From the NCBI GenBank assembly GCA_018262835.1, contig JADFDP010000005.1:276-64275 (forward strand): a stretch of 64,000 nucleotides of DNA. Reading direction: 5' to 3'. The translations under genes and the position numbers were made by a program. Positions 55,926 to 64,000 of the stretch are shown piece after piece; within the stretch, counting starts at the first letter, position 1; the number at the start of each line of letters is the position of its first letter. A model generated the notes under the pieces. The model searched no databases. It was given only the letters and a program-made list of their open reading frames with translations, and was not told where the DNA came from. The stretch is from Candidatus Aminicenantes bacterium. GTDB taxonomy: Bacteria; Acidobacteriota; Aminicenantia; UBA2199.

Positions 55926-56465
55926 ATGACAACAGCCAATATCATTACCATTGTTCGCATCGTCATGGTTCCTCTTTTTTTGGTCATCCTGCTGACTGAA
56001 ATGCAGAACAAGGAGTTCATCGCATTCGCCATCTTTGTCATTGCCGCCGTCACCGATTCGATCGACGGCTATATCGCCAGAAAGTTCAATGAGGTCAGCA
56101 ACCTGGGCAAATTCCTCGATCCCCTGGCCGACAAGCTCCTGGTTTCCGCGGCGCTGATCGCCCTGGTTTACCTGCAGGAGGTGGAAACCTGGGTGGCCGC
56201 CGTCATCATCCTGCGCGAATTGTTCATCTCGGCTTTCCGTTTTTACTTTTTGATCAGCAACGCATCCTTTTCGGCTTCAGTTCCCGCCAAGGTCAAGACC
56301 ACTTTCCAGATCGTCGCCCTTTCCATTTTGATCATTTACCGCAAAATGCCGTACGCGAATTATTTGCACATGCTGGGGACCGCGATCCTGTATGTGGCGG
56401 TCATCCTGACCGTTTACAGCGGCGCCGAGTACGTCATCCGCTTCAGCCGCTCCGCCAAAGAATAA
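55926..56465 (+). CDS. pgsA: CDP-diacylglycerol--glycerol-3-phosphate 3-phosphatidyltransferase
   Basis: TDSIDGYIAR...SNLGKFLDPLADK. Confidence 0.92.
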   Translation: MTTANIITIVRIVMVPLFLVILLTEMQNKEFIAFAIFVIAAVTDSIDGYIARKFNEVSNLGKFLDPLADKLLVSAALIALVYLQEVETWVAAVIILRELFISAFRFYFLISNASFSASVPAKVKTTFQIVALSILIIYRKMPYANYLHMLGTAILYVAVILTVYSGAEYVIRFSRSAKE

Positions 56466-56467
56466 CC

Positions 56468-57421
56468 ATGCCTTATCCGAAGTACCGGGCGCTGAACAGG
56501 AAAAAGCTGAAAGCCATTTCCATCAAGGAACGCCATTCGCTGATCCACCTGGAGGATTTTCCCAGGCCTTATCTCCCGGGTGCCGACTTCCGATCGTTTG
56601 TCGATTCTTTGCCTCCGTATCTCGCGGCCAACAACCTGCGCGAGTTCACGGACCTGTTGGGCGAAGCCCGGATAAAAAACAAGCCGATCATCTGGGGCAT
56701 GGGTGCGAATCTGATCCAGCTGGGACTGAGCCCGCTGGTCATCGACCTGATGCAGCGCGGCTGGATCTCGGCCATCGCCACCAACGGCGCCATGATGATC
56801 CACGATTTCGAGATCGCCCTGGCCGGCCACACCTCCGAGGACGTCGATGCGGACCTGCTTCAGGGCAACTATGGCAACACCGAGGAAACCGGCCTGTTCT
56901 TGAATCTGGCTTTCAAAGAAGGCCTGAGCAAAAGCATGGGGGCGGGGGAGGCGGTCGGCTATTACCTGATCCAGGCCAAACTGCAGCACCTGGAACAAAG
57001 CATTCTGTTCAATGCCTACAAACTGAACATTCCGGTCACCATCCACCCGACCATCGGCACCGACTTTATACATTACCATCCGCTGTTCGCCGGCGAGATC
57101 ACCGGTGCTCTGGCCGAAAGGGATTTTCAACTGCTGGCCTCCATTGTTTCCGAATTGGGTGGCGGCGGGGTATTTCTGAATATCGGGTCGGCGGTCACCC
57201 TGCCCGAGATTTTTCTCGAAACCGTTTCCTTCTGTTCCGCCTTGGGGATTTCCCTGGAGAAATTCCATACCGCGGTTTTTGATCCCAGCGGCGACTACCG
57301 GCCATTTAAGAAGGTCAGCGATCGGACGATGTCCCGGGGCGGCAAAGGGTTTTATTTTGTCGGCCACCATGAGATCATGATCCCGTTGCTGGCGGCCATG
57401 ATCCTCAACAAGCAGGCCTAG
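56468..57421 (+). CDS. Deoxyhypusine-synthase-like (GSU2086-type) protein
   Basis: A.NGA..IHDFE, SEDV, IGTD..H, N.GSAV.LPE, GHHEIM.PLL. Confidence 0.75.
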   Translation: MPYPKYRALNRKKLKAISIKERHSLIHLEDFPRPYLPGADFRSFVDSLPPYLAANNLREFTDLLGEARIKNKPIIWGMGANLIQLGLSPLVIDLMQRGWISAIATNGAMMIHDFEIALAGHTSEDVDADLLQGNYGNTEETGLFLNLAFKEGLSKSMGAGEAVGYYLIQAKLQHLEQSILFNAYKLNIPVTIHPTIGTDFIHYHPLFAGEITGALAERDFQLLASIVSELGGGGVFLNIGSAVTLPEIFLETVSFCSALGISLEKFHTAVFDPSGDYRPFKKVSDRTMSRGGKGFYFVGHHEIMIPLLAAMILNKQA

Positions 57422-57439
57422 ATCCAGGCTGCCTGACCC

Positions 57440-58747
57440 ATGGAAGTCCGCCACGATTTTTTCCCCCTCGCGGACAAGCTGCGGCCGGAGCGCCTGGCCG
57501 AGTTTGAGGGACAGATCCACCTGACCGGCCGGCAAAAAATCATTCAAGCCCTGGTGCGGAGCAAGAATCTCGCCTCCATGATCTTCTGGGGCCCGCCGGG
57601 CACGGGCAAGACCACCCTGGCCCGTATCCTGGTCAGGGAAACCGGCTACCCGTCCGCCGAGTTTTCGGCCACCGTCTCCGGGATCGCCGAGATCAAGAAA
57701 ATGATGGAAAAATCGCTTGCCGCCCGTCAGGAGCGCGGCAAACCGCTGGTGCTGTTCGTCGATGAGATCCATCATTTCAACCGCAATGTCCAGGACGCCT
57801 TTTTACCGTATGTCGAGCGCGGCGATATCATCCTGTTGGGGACCACAACCGAGAACCCGGCCTATAAAATCAACCGCGCCCTGCTTTCGCGCCTGAAGAT
57901 CCTGGAATTGCTCCCCCTTGAAAAAGAGCAGTTGGAACGCATTTTGGGCAAAGCCCTGGCCTTTATCCGGGAACACGGCGGCGCCGACCTCCGTTTTACC
58001 CCCGAGGCCGAAGCCGTGGTCATCGGCTACAGCAACGGCGACGGCCGCCGGCTGCTGAACCTGGTGGAGATCGTTTTGCAAACGGCCGACCACTCCGGAG
58101 CGGTGGATGAAACATTCGTGCTCGATGTCATCCAGAACAAGGTGGCCGGCTATGACCGGAGCGGCGACGACCGCTTCCAGTATATTTCGGCCCTGCACAA
58201 GAGCGTGCGCAATTCCGACGTGGACGCCTCGCTGTTCTGGTTGTACCGCATGCTGGAAGGGGGCGAGGACCCGTTGTACATCCTCCGGCGCATGGTGCGC
58301 ATGGCGGTTGAGGATATCGGGCTGGCGGATCCCGACGCCTTGCGCGTCTGCCTGAACGCCAAGCAGGCCTATGAATTCCTTGGCTCCCCCGAGGGCGACC
58401 TGTTTTTGACCGAAGCGGCGGTATACCTGGCCGCGGCGCCCAAGAGCAATTCCCTTTACCGGGCCGATGGCAAAATGAAGCAACTCGCCGAGAAGTACAA
58501 AATGCTGCCCGTGCCCCTGCAGATCGTCAATCCCGATAATTTCATCGCCGCCGGCAAGGGGGCGGGCAAGGATTATGTTTACGCCCACGACCGCCCGGAA
58601 AAAACTTCGCTGCTCAAGACCCTGCCCGAGGGGGTGGAGGAGAAGGAGTTTTACGAGCCCGGGAGCATGGGCTTCGAGAAGAATATCCGCGAACGCTTAG
58701 CTTATTGGAAGAAGATCAAGGACGAGCTCAATAAAAAAGCAAAATAG
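57440..58747 (+). CDS. rarA: Replication-associated recombination protein A (MgsA)
   Basis: PLADKLRP, WGPPGTGKTT, DEIH.FN, ISALHKSVR.SD, EDIGLADP, APKSN. Confidence 0.95.
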   Translation: MEVRHDFFPLADKLRPERLAEFEGQIHLTGRQKIIQALVRSKNLASMIFWGPPGTGKTTLARILVRETGYPSAEFSATVSGIAEIKKMMEKSLAARQERGKPLVLFVDEIHHFNRNVQDAFLPYVERGDIILLGTTTENPAYKINRALLSRLKILELLPLEKEQLERILGKALAFIREHGGADLRFTPEAEAVVIGYSNGDGRRLLNLVEIVLQTADHSGAVDETFVLDVIQNKVAGYDRSGDDRFQYISALHKSVRNSDVDASLFWLYRMLEGGEDPLYILRRMVRMAVEDIGLADPDALRVCLNAKQAYEFLGSPEGDLFLTEAAVYLAAAPKSNSLYRADGKMKQLAEKYKMLPVPLQIVNPDNFIAAGKGAGKDYVYAHDRPEKTSLLKTLPEGVEEKEFYEPGSMGFEKNIRERLAYWKKIKDELNKKAK

Positions 58748-58755
58748 TCCTTGGC

Positions 58756-58866
58756 AGACGGCTGACGGCTGACGGCGTACGGCAAGACAAGTCCGAATGC
58801 GCGAGGCACTTTTTTGATTCTTTCTTTTCTTTCCGTCCGCCCTCCGCCGTTTGCCGTAAACCGAGC
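58756..58866. repeat. Inverted pair of 7-bp tandem arrays (NNACGGC)
   Basis: AGACGGC TGACGGC TGACGGC GTACGGC ... TCCGTCC GCCCTCC GCCGTTT GCCGTAA. Confidence 0.75.
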
Positions 58867-58907
58867 TCAATATTGTTTTGATTCTGTTAGTATGGTAATT
58901 TCTACTT

Positions 58908-59282
58908 ATGAATGTGCAAGTGACACCGGCGGCGCTGCAGGAGATCGCTGTCCTGCGCCAATCGGGTTATCGGGGGACCGGATTCCTGCTGGGTACGGTG
59001 ATCGGCCGTTTTGTTTTGATCGAGCAGCTGCTGGCCCTGGATTTCAACCGTAAAAACGGGAGCAGGGTCTACGGAACGGTTTGCGAAAGCTACCCGCAGC
59101 GGCTGCAGGGAGTGTTTTTTTGCCGCCGGCCGTCATTCGTCCTGGATTGCTTCCTGCCGGACCTGGTCATGGCCATAAAGCGTGACCGGATCGAAATGCT
59201 CGCCTGCGAATTTTCCAATGCCAAGCGCAAAGCCTTTCTGGCTCCGCTTACGGAGGACAAGGAGGGAAAATGGCCGATCTGA
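58908..59282 (+). CDS. Hypothetical protein, possible inactive MPN/JAB fold
   Basis: GFLLG and LQGVFF strands; overlaps the next gene start. Confidence 0.6.
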   Translation: MNVQVTPAALQEIAVLRQSGYRGTGFLLGTVIGRFVLIEQLLALDFNRKNGSRVYGTVCESYPQRLQGVFFCRRPSFVLDCFLPDLVMAIKRDRIEMLACEFSNAKRKAFLAPLTEDKEGKWPI

Positions 59283-59851
59283 CCGACCTGGAGAAAAAAC
59301 AACTTCTGGTTCTGGCCCGGGAGACCATAAAAAAATATCTGTCTGCCGGGAAGCGCGAGAACCCGCCCGCGGCCGGACCGATTTTAATGGAAAAGCGCGG
59401 CGTTTTCGTAACCCTGCACGGCAACGGCGAACTGCGCGGCTGCATCGGCTACCCTCTGCCGCTCAAGCCCCTTTGGGAATCGGTAGCGGAAATGGCCATT
59501 GCCGCCGCCGTGGAAGACCCCCGTTTCCCGGCCGTCACGGCGGACGAATTGGCTGAACTCGATATCGAGATCTCGGTCCTGACCGTGCCTCAGAAAGTCG
59601 ACGGCCCTGATCAAGTCCGTGTCGGCCGTGACGGCATTATCATCAGCAAGGGATTCCAGCGCGGCCTGCTGCTGCCCCAGGTGCCGGTCGAGCAGGGCTG
59701 GGACCTGGAGCAATATATCTCCTACGGCTGCCGCAAAGCCGGACTGGCCCCGGACGAATGGAAAAGGGGCGTGCAGATAGAGGTTTTCCAGGCGATGGTT
59801 TTCGGCGAAAAAAACATGGGGAGGGGTTATGAGCAGTTATCAGACCATTGA
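59270..59851 (+). CDS. AMMECR1-domain (AmmeMemoRadiSam protein A)
   Basis: GVFVTL, LRGCIG, DPRF, ISVLT, GLLLPQV, KAGL. Confidence 0.92.
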   Translation: MADLTDLEKKQLLVLARETIKKYLSAGKRENPPAAGPILMEKRGVFVTLHGNGELRGCIGYPLPLKPLWESVAEMAIAAAVEDPRFPAVTADELAELDIEISVLTVPQKVDGPDQVRVGRDGIIISKGFQRGLLLPQVPVEQGWDLEQYISYGCRKAGLAPDEWKRGVQIEVFQAMVFGEKNMGRGYEQLSDH

Positions 59852-60233
59852 GGTCAAGACTACCCAGGACATTGAATTCATCGACATCACGGCCCAGGTA
59901 CGCGATTTTGTCCGGGCCAGCAAATGCGGCTCGGGGATCCTGCTGGTCTACACGCCGCATACCACGGCCGCTGTGACCATCAACGAGAACGCTGATCCGG
60001 CCGTGCCTTGCGACATCGGAGAATTTTTCAGGCACCGGGTGCCCCGCCAGGATTACTTTCGCCACAGCGAGGGGAATTCGCCGGCTCATATCCTGTCCAC
60101 CCTGGCCGGGGCGTCGGAAGCCCTGATCGTTGAAAACGGGGAACCGCTGCTGGGCGCCTGGCAGGCTATTTTTTTCTGCGAGTTCGACGGCCCGCGCCAG
60201 CGCCGGGTTTTCCTGAAGATCGTTCCCGGTTGA
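59829..60233 (+). CDS. yjbQ: YjbQ (UPF0047) family protein
   Basis: HTTA...NENAD, H.EGNS.AH, LG.WQ...FCEFDGPR. Confidence 0.92.
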   Translation: MSSYQTIEVKTTQDIEFIDITAQVRDFVRASKCGSGILLVYTPHTTAAVTINENADPAVPCDIGEFFRHRVPRQDYFRHSEGNSPAHILSTLAGASEALIVENGEPLLGAWQAIFFCEFDGPRQRRVFLKIVPG

Positions 60234-60788
60234 GTGAACCGTATGGCCGATATTGAGGTACGGCAGGCAGACGCCCCCGTTTCCCCTCGCTGCCGGACGG
60301 TGTGGCCGCTGGTTTTTTTTGTGCTGTTGGCGGCGGTTTCGCTGTCGCTGCACCTAGAAAAGTCCCGTCGTCAAAAAAGAATTCTGGCGGCAAAGGAACA
60401 GCATGCGGCGATGGTTCGCGCCCGGCCGATCGAAGAAGCCAAGTCGGAACGCGCCCGCTTCTATCAGATCCGGTATTTTCTCGGCTATCCCATGGCCGCC
60501 TCCCATGCCGCAGCCGAACTTGTACGTCACGTCGACGCCCTCATCGCCCCGCTGCGGCTGCGCGCCGTCCAGATTGACCTGGGCTTGCACGACCTGGGCT
60601 TTGAGCTGGCGGTTGAGGTCTCCGGCGGCGGCCCCAGGGATGTGCGGCGGCGGCTTGCCGTTTTTCTTGAACGGCTGCGTCATGTCCCCAACATCACGCT
60701 GGCCGATTTTTCCGGGCCGGGCCCCACCACTCGGGGCGGAGGAGTTCGCGTCTTTACCGTCAACGGCCGGGCGGAGCTTCAGCCGTGA
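60234..60788 (+). CDS. PilN/GspL-like bitopic protein (tentative)
   Basis: Single TM, coiled-coil-like segment, alpha/beta C-terminus. Confidence 0.55.
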   Translation: MNRMADIEVRQADAPVSPRCRTVWPLVFFVLLAAVSLSLHLEKSRRQKRILAAKEQHAAMVRARPIEEAKSERARFYQIRYFLGYPMAASHAAAELVRHVDALIAPLRLRAVQIDLGLHDLGFELAVEVSGGGPRDVRRRLAVFLERLRHVPNITLADFSGPGPTTRGGGVRVFTVNGRAELQP

Positions 60789-61630
60789 ACATGGGGAAAC
60801 TGTCGCGCGTCCTGCTCCGGGTGCTGGCGGCGCTGGCCGTATTGGCGGCCTTCGTGGCCCTGGACTGGTACCCGACGGTCAAGGACCTCGGCCTTCTGCG
60901 ACGCCAGCGGGGTGACCTGGAGCGGAAGATCAGGGAGTACGCCATCATGGCCGCCCGGTTCAACTTCCCGGACGAAGCGGAAACATCGCTTCTGACGCAG
61001 GCCGATGGCGAGCTTCGCCGAGCGCTGCCGCTGGTGGAAAACGACGACGCCTGGATGGCGTCGGCCCGTGCGGAACTGCTGAAACGCGAAAAAGGCTTGG
61101 CCAATCTCATCCTGGTTTTCGGCAAAGCGGAGGGGTTCGGCCCGGGGCGGCCCGGATTGACCGCCTGGCTCAGACTCCAGGGACAGGAGATCCGCCAGAG
61201 TTTCGAGGCGGCCGAGCCCTGGCGGCGCTATCTCTGGCACGGCGTATTCCCGATGGACCCGGCAGCCGGAGAACGGCTGGCCAGCCGCCCCCTGGGCATC
61301 GCCCTGGAGGCTCCGCTGCCTGTATTGTTTGATTTCATCAACCGCGTTTCCTGGGGGGCTGCCCGCTTGGAGATCGTCCGCCTGCGGCTGGAACCGGCCG
61401 GAGAATCGGCCCGCGCCTGGCTGGTATGCGGCGGCAGCTACCTGGTGACGGAGCCTTCGCCCTGGCGGGTCAAAATGGAACATGGAGAAGGTGACGAGGA
61501 ACTGCTGATCGACCGTGACTCGCCGCTGCTGCTGCGCAAGGTCGACCCGCTCCTGGCGCCCCGGGTTGAAAAAAAAGAGTTGCCAGCTGCCCCGCCGGTG
61601 CGGGGCGGTACGGCCGGCAGCCCCTGGTGA
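60785..61630 (+). CDS. PilO/GspM-like bitopic protein (tentative)
   Basis: Single TM, coiled coil, L.DFI..V.....RL.I..L.L; GTGA overlap. Confidence 0.55.
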   Translation: MNMGKLSRVLLRVLAALAVLAAFVALDWYPTVKDLGLLRRQRGDLERKIREYAIMAARFNFPDEAETSLLTQADGELRRALPLVENDDAWMASARAELLKREKGLANLILVFGKAEGFGPGRPGLTAWLRLQGQEIRQSFEAAEPWRRYLWHGVFPMDPAAGERLASRPLGIALEAPLPVLFDFINRVSWGAARLEIVRLRLEPAGESARAWLVCGGSYLVTEPSPWRVKMEHGEGDEELLIDRDSPLLLRKVDPLLAPRVEKKELPAAPPVRGGTAGSPW

Positions 61631-61634
61631 ACCC

Positions 61635-62087
61635 GTGCGCGTCGTGGTGCAGAGGGTGTCGCACGCGCATGTTGAGATCGACGGCCGGACGGTCGGCCGC
61701 ATCGGAGCGGGACTGCTTTTACTGGTCGGCATCGAGAAAGGGGATGGAGAAAAAGAGATGGTCTTCATGGCTGACAAGATCCTCAACTTGCGGATCTTTG
61801 CCGATAACGAAGGAAAAATGAACCTGAGCGTTCAGGAGGTCAAGGGCGCGATCCTTTCCATTTCGCAGTTTACCCTGGCGGCGCGCATTAAAAAAGGCCG
61901 GCGCCCTGATTTCACCCATGCCGAGGAGCCGGGAAAAGCCGAAGCGCTGTACTTGCGCTTCAACTCCCTGCTGACCGCGGCCGTGCCCACCGCCGCCGGC
62001 ATATTCGGGGCCATGATGGATATCCATTCGGTCAACAACGGCCCGGTTACGATTATCCTCGAGAAGAACAAAGACGAACTCGGTTGA
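61635..62087 (+). CDS. dtd: D-aminoacyl-tRNA deacylase
   Basis: VVQRV, LRIF.D..GKMN, SQFTL, G.FGA.M, NNGPVT. Confidence 0.95.
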   Translation: MRVVVQRVSHAHVEIDGRTVGRIGAGLLLLVGIEKGDGEKEMVFMADKILNLRIFADNEGKMNLSVQEVKGAILSISQFTLAARIKKGRRPDFTHAEEPGKAEALYLRFNSLLTAAVPTAAGIFGAMMDIHSVNNGPVTIILEKNKDELG

Positions 62088-62175
62088 CGGTTTACTGTAG
62101 ACGGCGTACGGAGACAGCAAAGTAATTACCAAATCGAGCTATTGCTTTTTACGGTCTACAGTCCGCCGTATGCCT
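62085..62175. repeat. Inverted pair of 7-bp tandem arrays
   Basis: TGACGGT TTACTGT AGACGGC GTACGGA ... ACGGTCT ACAGTCC GCCGTAT. Confidence 0.7.
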
Positions 62176-62187
62176 TGGAAAAGGCGA

Positions 62188-62221
62188 GCCCCCCCCATGT
62201 AGCGGGGGGGGTGTTTTTTTT
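62188..62221 (+). terminator. Intrinsic terminator after the dtd operon
   Basis: C8-ATGTAGC-G8 stem followed by TGTTTTTTTT. Confidence 0.7.
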
Positions 62222-62264
62222 AGGTGGGGGTTATGATTATATTAAGGGGGGAGAGATGGAAAGG

Positions 62265-62519
62265 CTAATTAATGTTCGCATTTTTGTTTTTTTTATTTTC
62301 AGTTTTTTTCGCAGGAACGCTTTTTTTCTCGCTGCCGTCTTTGTTTTTGTAGTCGGTGATATACCATCCCTTGCCTTTGAATTGGAAGGAACTCAGTGAA
62401 ACGATCTTTTTGGTTTTGCCCAGGCAATAGATGCATTTTCTGATGGGCTCAGCCGAGATGCTCTGCAGGGCCTCGAAGGTTTTCCCGCATTTTGAGCATC
62501 GGTATTCGTAAATCGGCAT
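62265..62519 (-). CDS. FmdB family zinc-ribbon protein
   Basis: MPIYEYRC..CG..FE, C..C, FKGKGWYITDY. Confidence 0.92.
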   Translation of the reverse strand: MPIYEYRCSKCGKTFEALQSISAEPIRKCIYCLGKTKKIVSLSSFQFKGKGWYITDYKNKDGSEKKSVPAKKTENKKNKNANIN

Positions 62520-62690
62520 ATCCTTATTCCTCCGGATAAATTTTTATAGCACAAGCAGAACCCGTTGTCAATAAAAAATTGCAGAATCTTCCGCGGATCT
62601 GTCAGCGTCTTAGTCGTTTGCAGGGAGAATTGAATTTTATGAAGAAATATGCTATAAAATTACATTCGGCCCATTTTTTGCGAGGTTGTA

Positions 62691-64000
62691 ATGCTTAAAA
62701 AACTGCTTTGGCTGGTGATCGTATTGTCGGGTGTACAATTTTTGGACGCCGATATCATCCAAAAAATCCAAGTCGATGGCAACAAAAAGGTTTCCCTCGA
62801 AACCATTCAATTCTATATGAAGTCCCGCGAAGGCGGTATTTATGATGCGCAAAAGCTGAAGGATGATTTCAAGGCACTGTGGGAAACAGGCTTTTTTGAA
62901 AATATCCGCATCGAATCGGAAGATGGCAGCAACGGGAAGACCGTGCACCTCATCCTGATGGAAAACCCATTGATCTCCTCCGTGACCTACAAAACCGGGA
63001 AAAAAGTCAAGGAAAGCGATATTACCGAAAAGCTGCAGAGCAACAACATCATCCTGCAGTCTTTTTCTTATTACAGCCCGTCCAAGATCCGCAAAGTGAA
63101 AAAGATCATCACCGACATGCTGCTGGAAAAAGGTTACAACCAGGCAGCGGTCACCATCGATGAAAAGAATGAAAATGGCCAGGTCGCTCTGACCATCCAG
63201 GTCGTTTCGGGCTCCAAAACCAGGATTGCCAGCGTGGTGTTCCCCGGGCTGACCTCCCAATCGGTCTCTTCCGGTTTTTTGCGCCGGGGGATGAAAAACA
63301 ACAAGGTTCACGGCATCCTTTCAACCATCGCCAGCAAAGATGTCTATAACCACGAGAAGATCAATGAAGACCTGGAGGAGATCCGCTTGCGCCTGCAGCA
63401 AAAAGGCTATCTGGAGGCCAAGGTCGGGACCCCGGAATTCAGCATGGTCAACAAGCAGACTGTTTTCGGCAAGCTGCAGAAAATGCTCAAGGTCAGTATC
63501 CCGGTGGAGCTGGGCCCGCGCTACCGGGTGGGAGACATTGCCCTGGAAGGCAACAAGGTCATCCGCAGTGATTTCTTGAAAAACCTGATCACCTTGAAAA
63601 AGGGCCAGGTCTACAACATCAAAAAACGCAACAAGTTCATCGAGGAAATACAGAAATTCTATGGCGGCATCGGCTATTTCTATGCCCAGGTCGTGCCAAG
63701 CGAGAATCTGGACCCCGTCAAGCAGACGGCCGATCTGACCGTCAATATCCAGGAAAACGATGTGGTTTACCTGGGCAAGCTCGAATTCACCGGCAATACC
63801 TTCACCAAGGACCATGTCATTCGCCGCGAATGGTTCCTGCGTGAAGGCCGGCGCCTGAACATCAATGCCCTGGAGGATTCCGTCAAGCGCTTGAAGCAAT
63901 TGGGCCTGGTGTCCGTTGAAAAAATGCCCGATATCAAGCCCGACCCCCAGGACCCCCAGAGAATCAACATCACTGCCGAAGTCAAGGAGCTGAACCGGCA
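62691..64000 (+). CDS. bamA: Outer membrane protein assembly factor BamA (partial, POTRA domains; not in the ORF track)
   Basis: My translation: signal peptide, IQVDGNKKVS..TI, DFKALWETGFFENI, GN..TKDHVIRRE; frame runs off the window. Confidence 0.92.
   Translation, partial: MLKKLLWLVIVLSGVQFLDADIIQKIQVDGNKKVSLETIQFYMKSREGGIYDAQKLKDDFKALWETGFFENIRIESEDGSNGKTVHLILMENPLISSVTYKTGKKVKESDITEKLQSNNIILQSFSYYSPSKIRKVKKIITDMLLEKGYNQAAVTIDEKNENGQVALTIQVVSGSKTRIASVVFPGLTSQSVSSGFLRRGMKNNKVHGILSTIASKDVYNHEKINEDLEEIRLRLQQKGYLEAKVGTPEFSMVNKQTVFGKLQKMLKVSIPVELGPRYRVGDIALEGNKVIRSDFLKNLITLKKGQVYNIKKRNKFIEEIQKFYGGIGYFYAQVVPSENLDPVKQTADLTVNIQENDVVYLGKLEFTGNTFTKDHVIRREWFLREGRRLNINALEDSVKRLKQLGLVSVEKMPDIKPDPQDPQRINITAEVKELNR

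Noticed and set aside
62652-63985. Minus-strand ORFs at the window end
   Set aside because: Antisense to bamA, which the ORF track missed because it has no stop in the window.

Overview
Bacterial, mostly GC-rich (anaerobe-like; gene content such as an Acidobacteria-type VWA protein, nifJ and many secreted hydrolases suggests Ca. Aminicenantes/Acidobacteriota, which is inference only). The window has two halves. About 1-34 kb is accessory: hipBA toxin-antitoxin, a TetR locus with an AT-rich block of three PD40 beta-propeller paralogues plus an S41 peptidase, PadR with a UvrA-like (DrrC-type) ATPase, a membrane-bound LuxR regulator facing an 8-gene operon, methyltransferases and secreted hydrolases. 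About 34-64 kb is mostly housekeeping: ycaQ, ltaE, a PP2C phosphatase, dnaE, guaA, mutM, nifJ, a YrdC/YciO protein, pgsA, rarA, AMMECR1, yjbQ, dtd and a partial bamA. I recognised no rRNA, tRNA, CRISPR array, transposase or integrase. The most interesting non-coding signals are: (1) about 20 copies of a GGGG(A/T/C)C-tagged 25-30 bp repeat family at accessory gene boundaries, in two cases forming gene 3' ends; (2) a mirror-symmetric array of six GCA-N6-TGC boxes upstream of a probably leaderless hipB; (3) a 6-codon uORF (MVLVTN) with competing hairpins ahead of a methyltransferase, a candidate attenuator; (4) GTAG REP dimers, one supplying the stop codons of both convergent flanking genes; (5) inverted heptamer arrays at housekeeping gene ends; (6) several probably leaderless transcripts. 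Product names come from motif recognition, not database searches.
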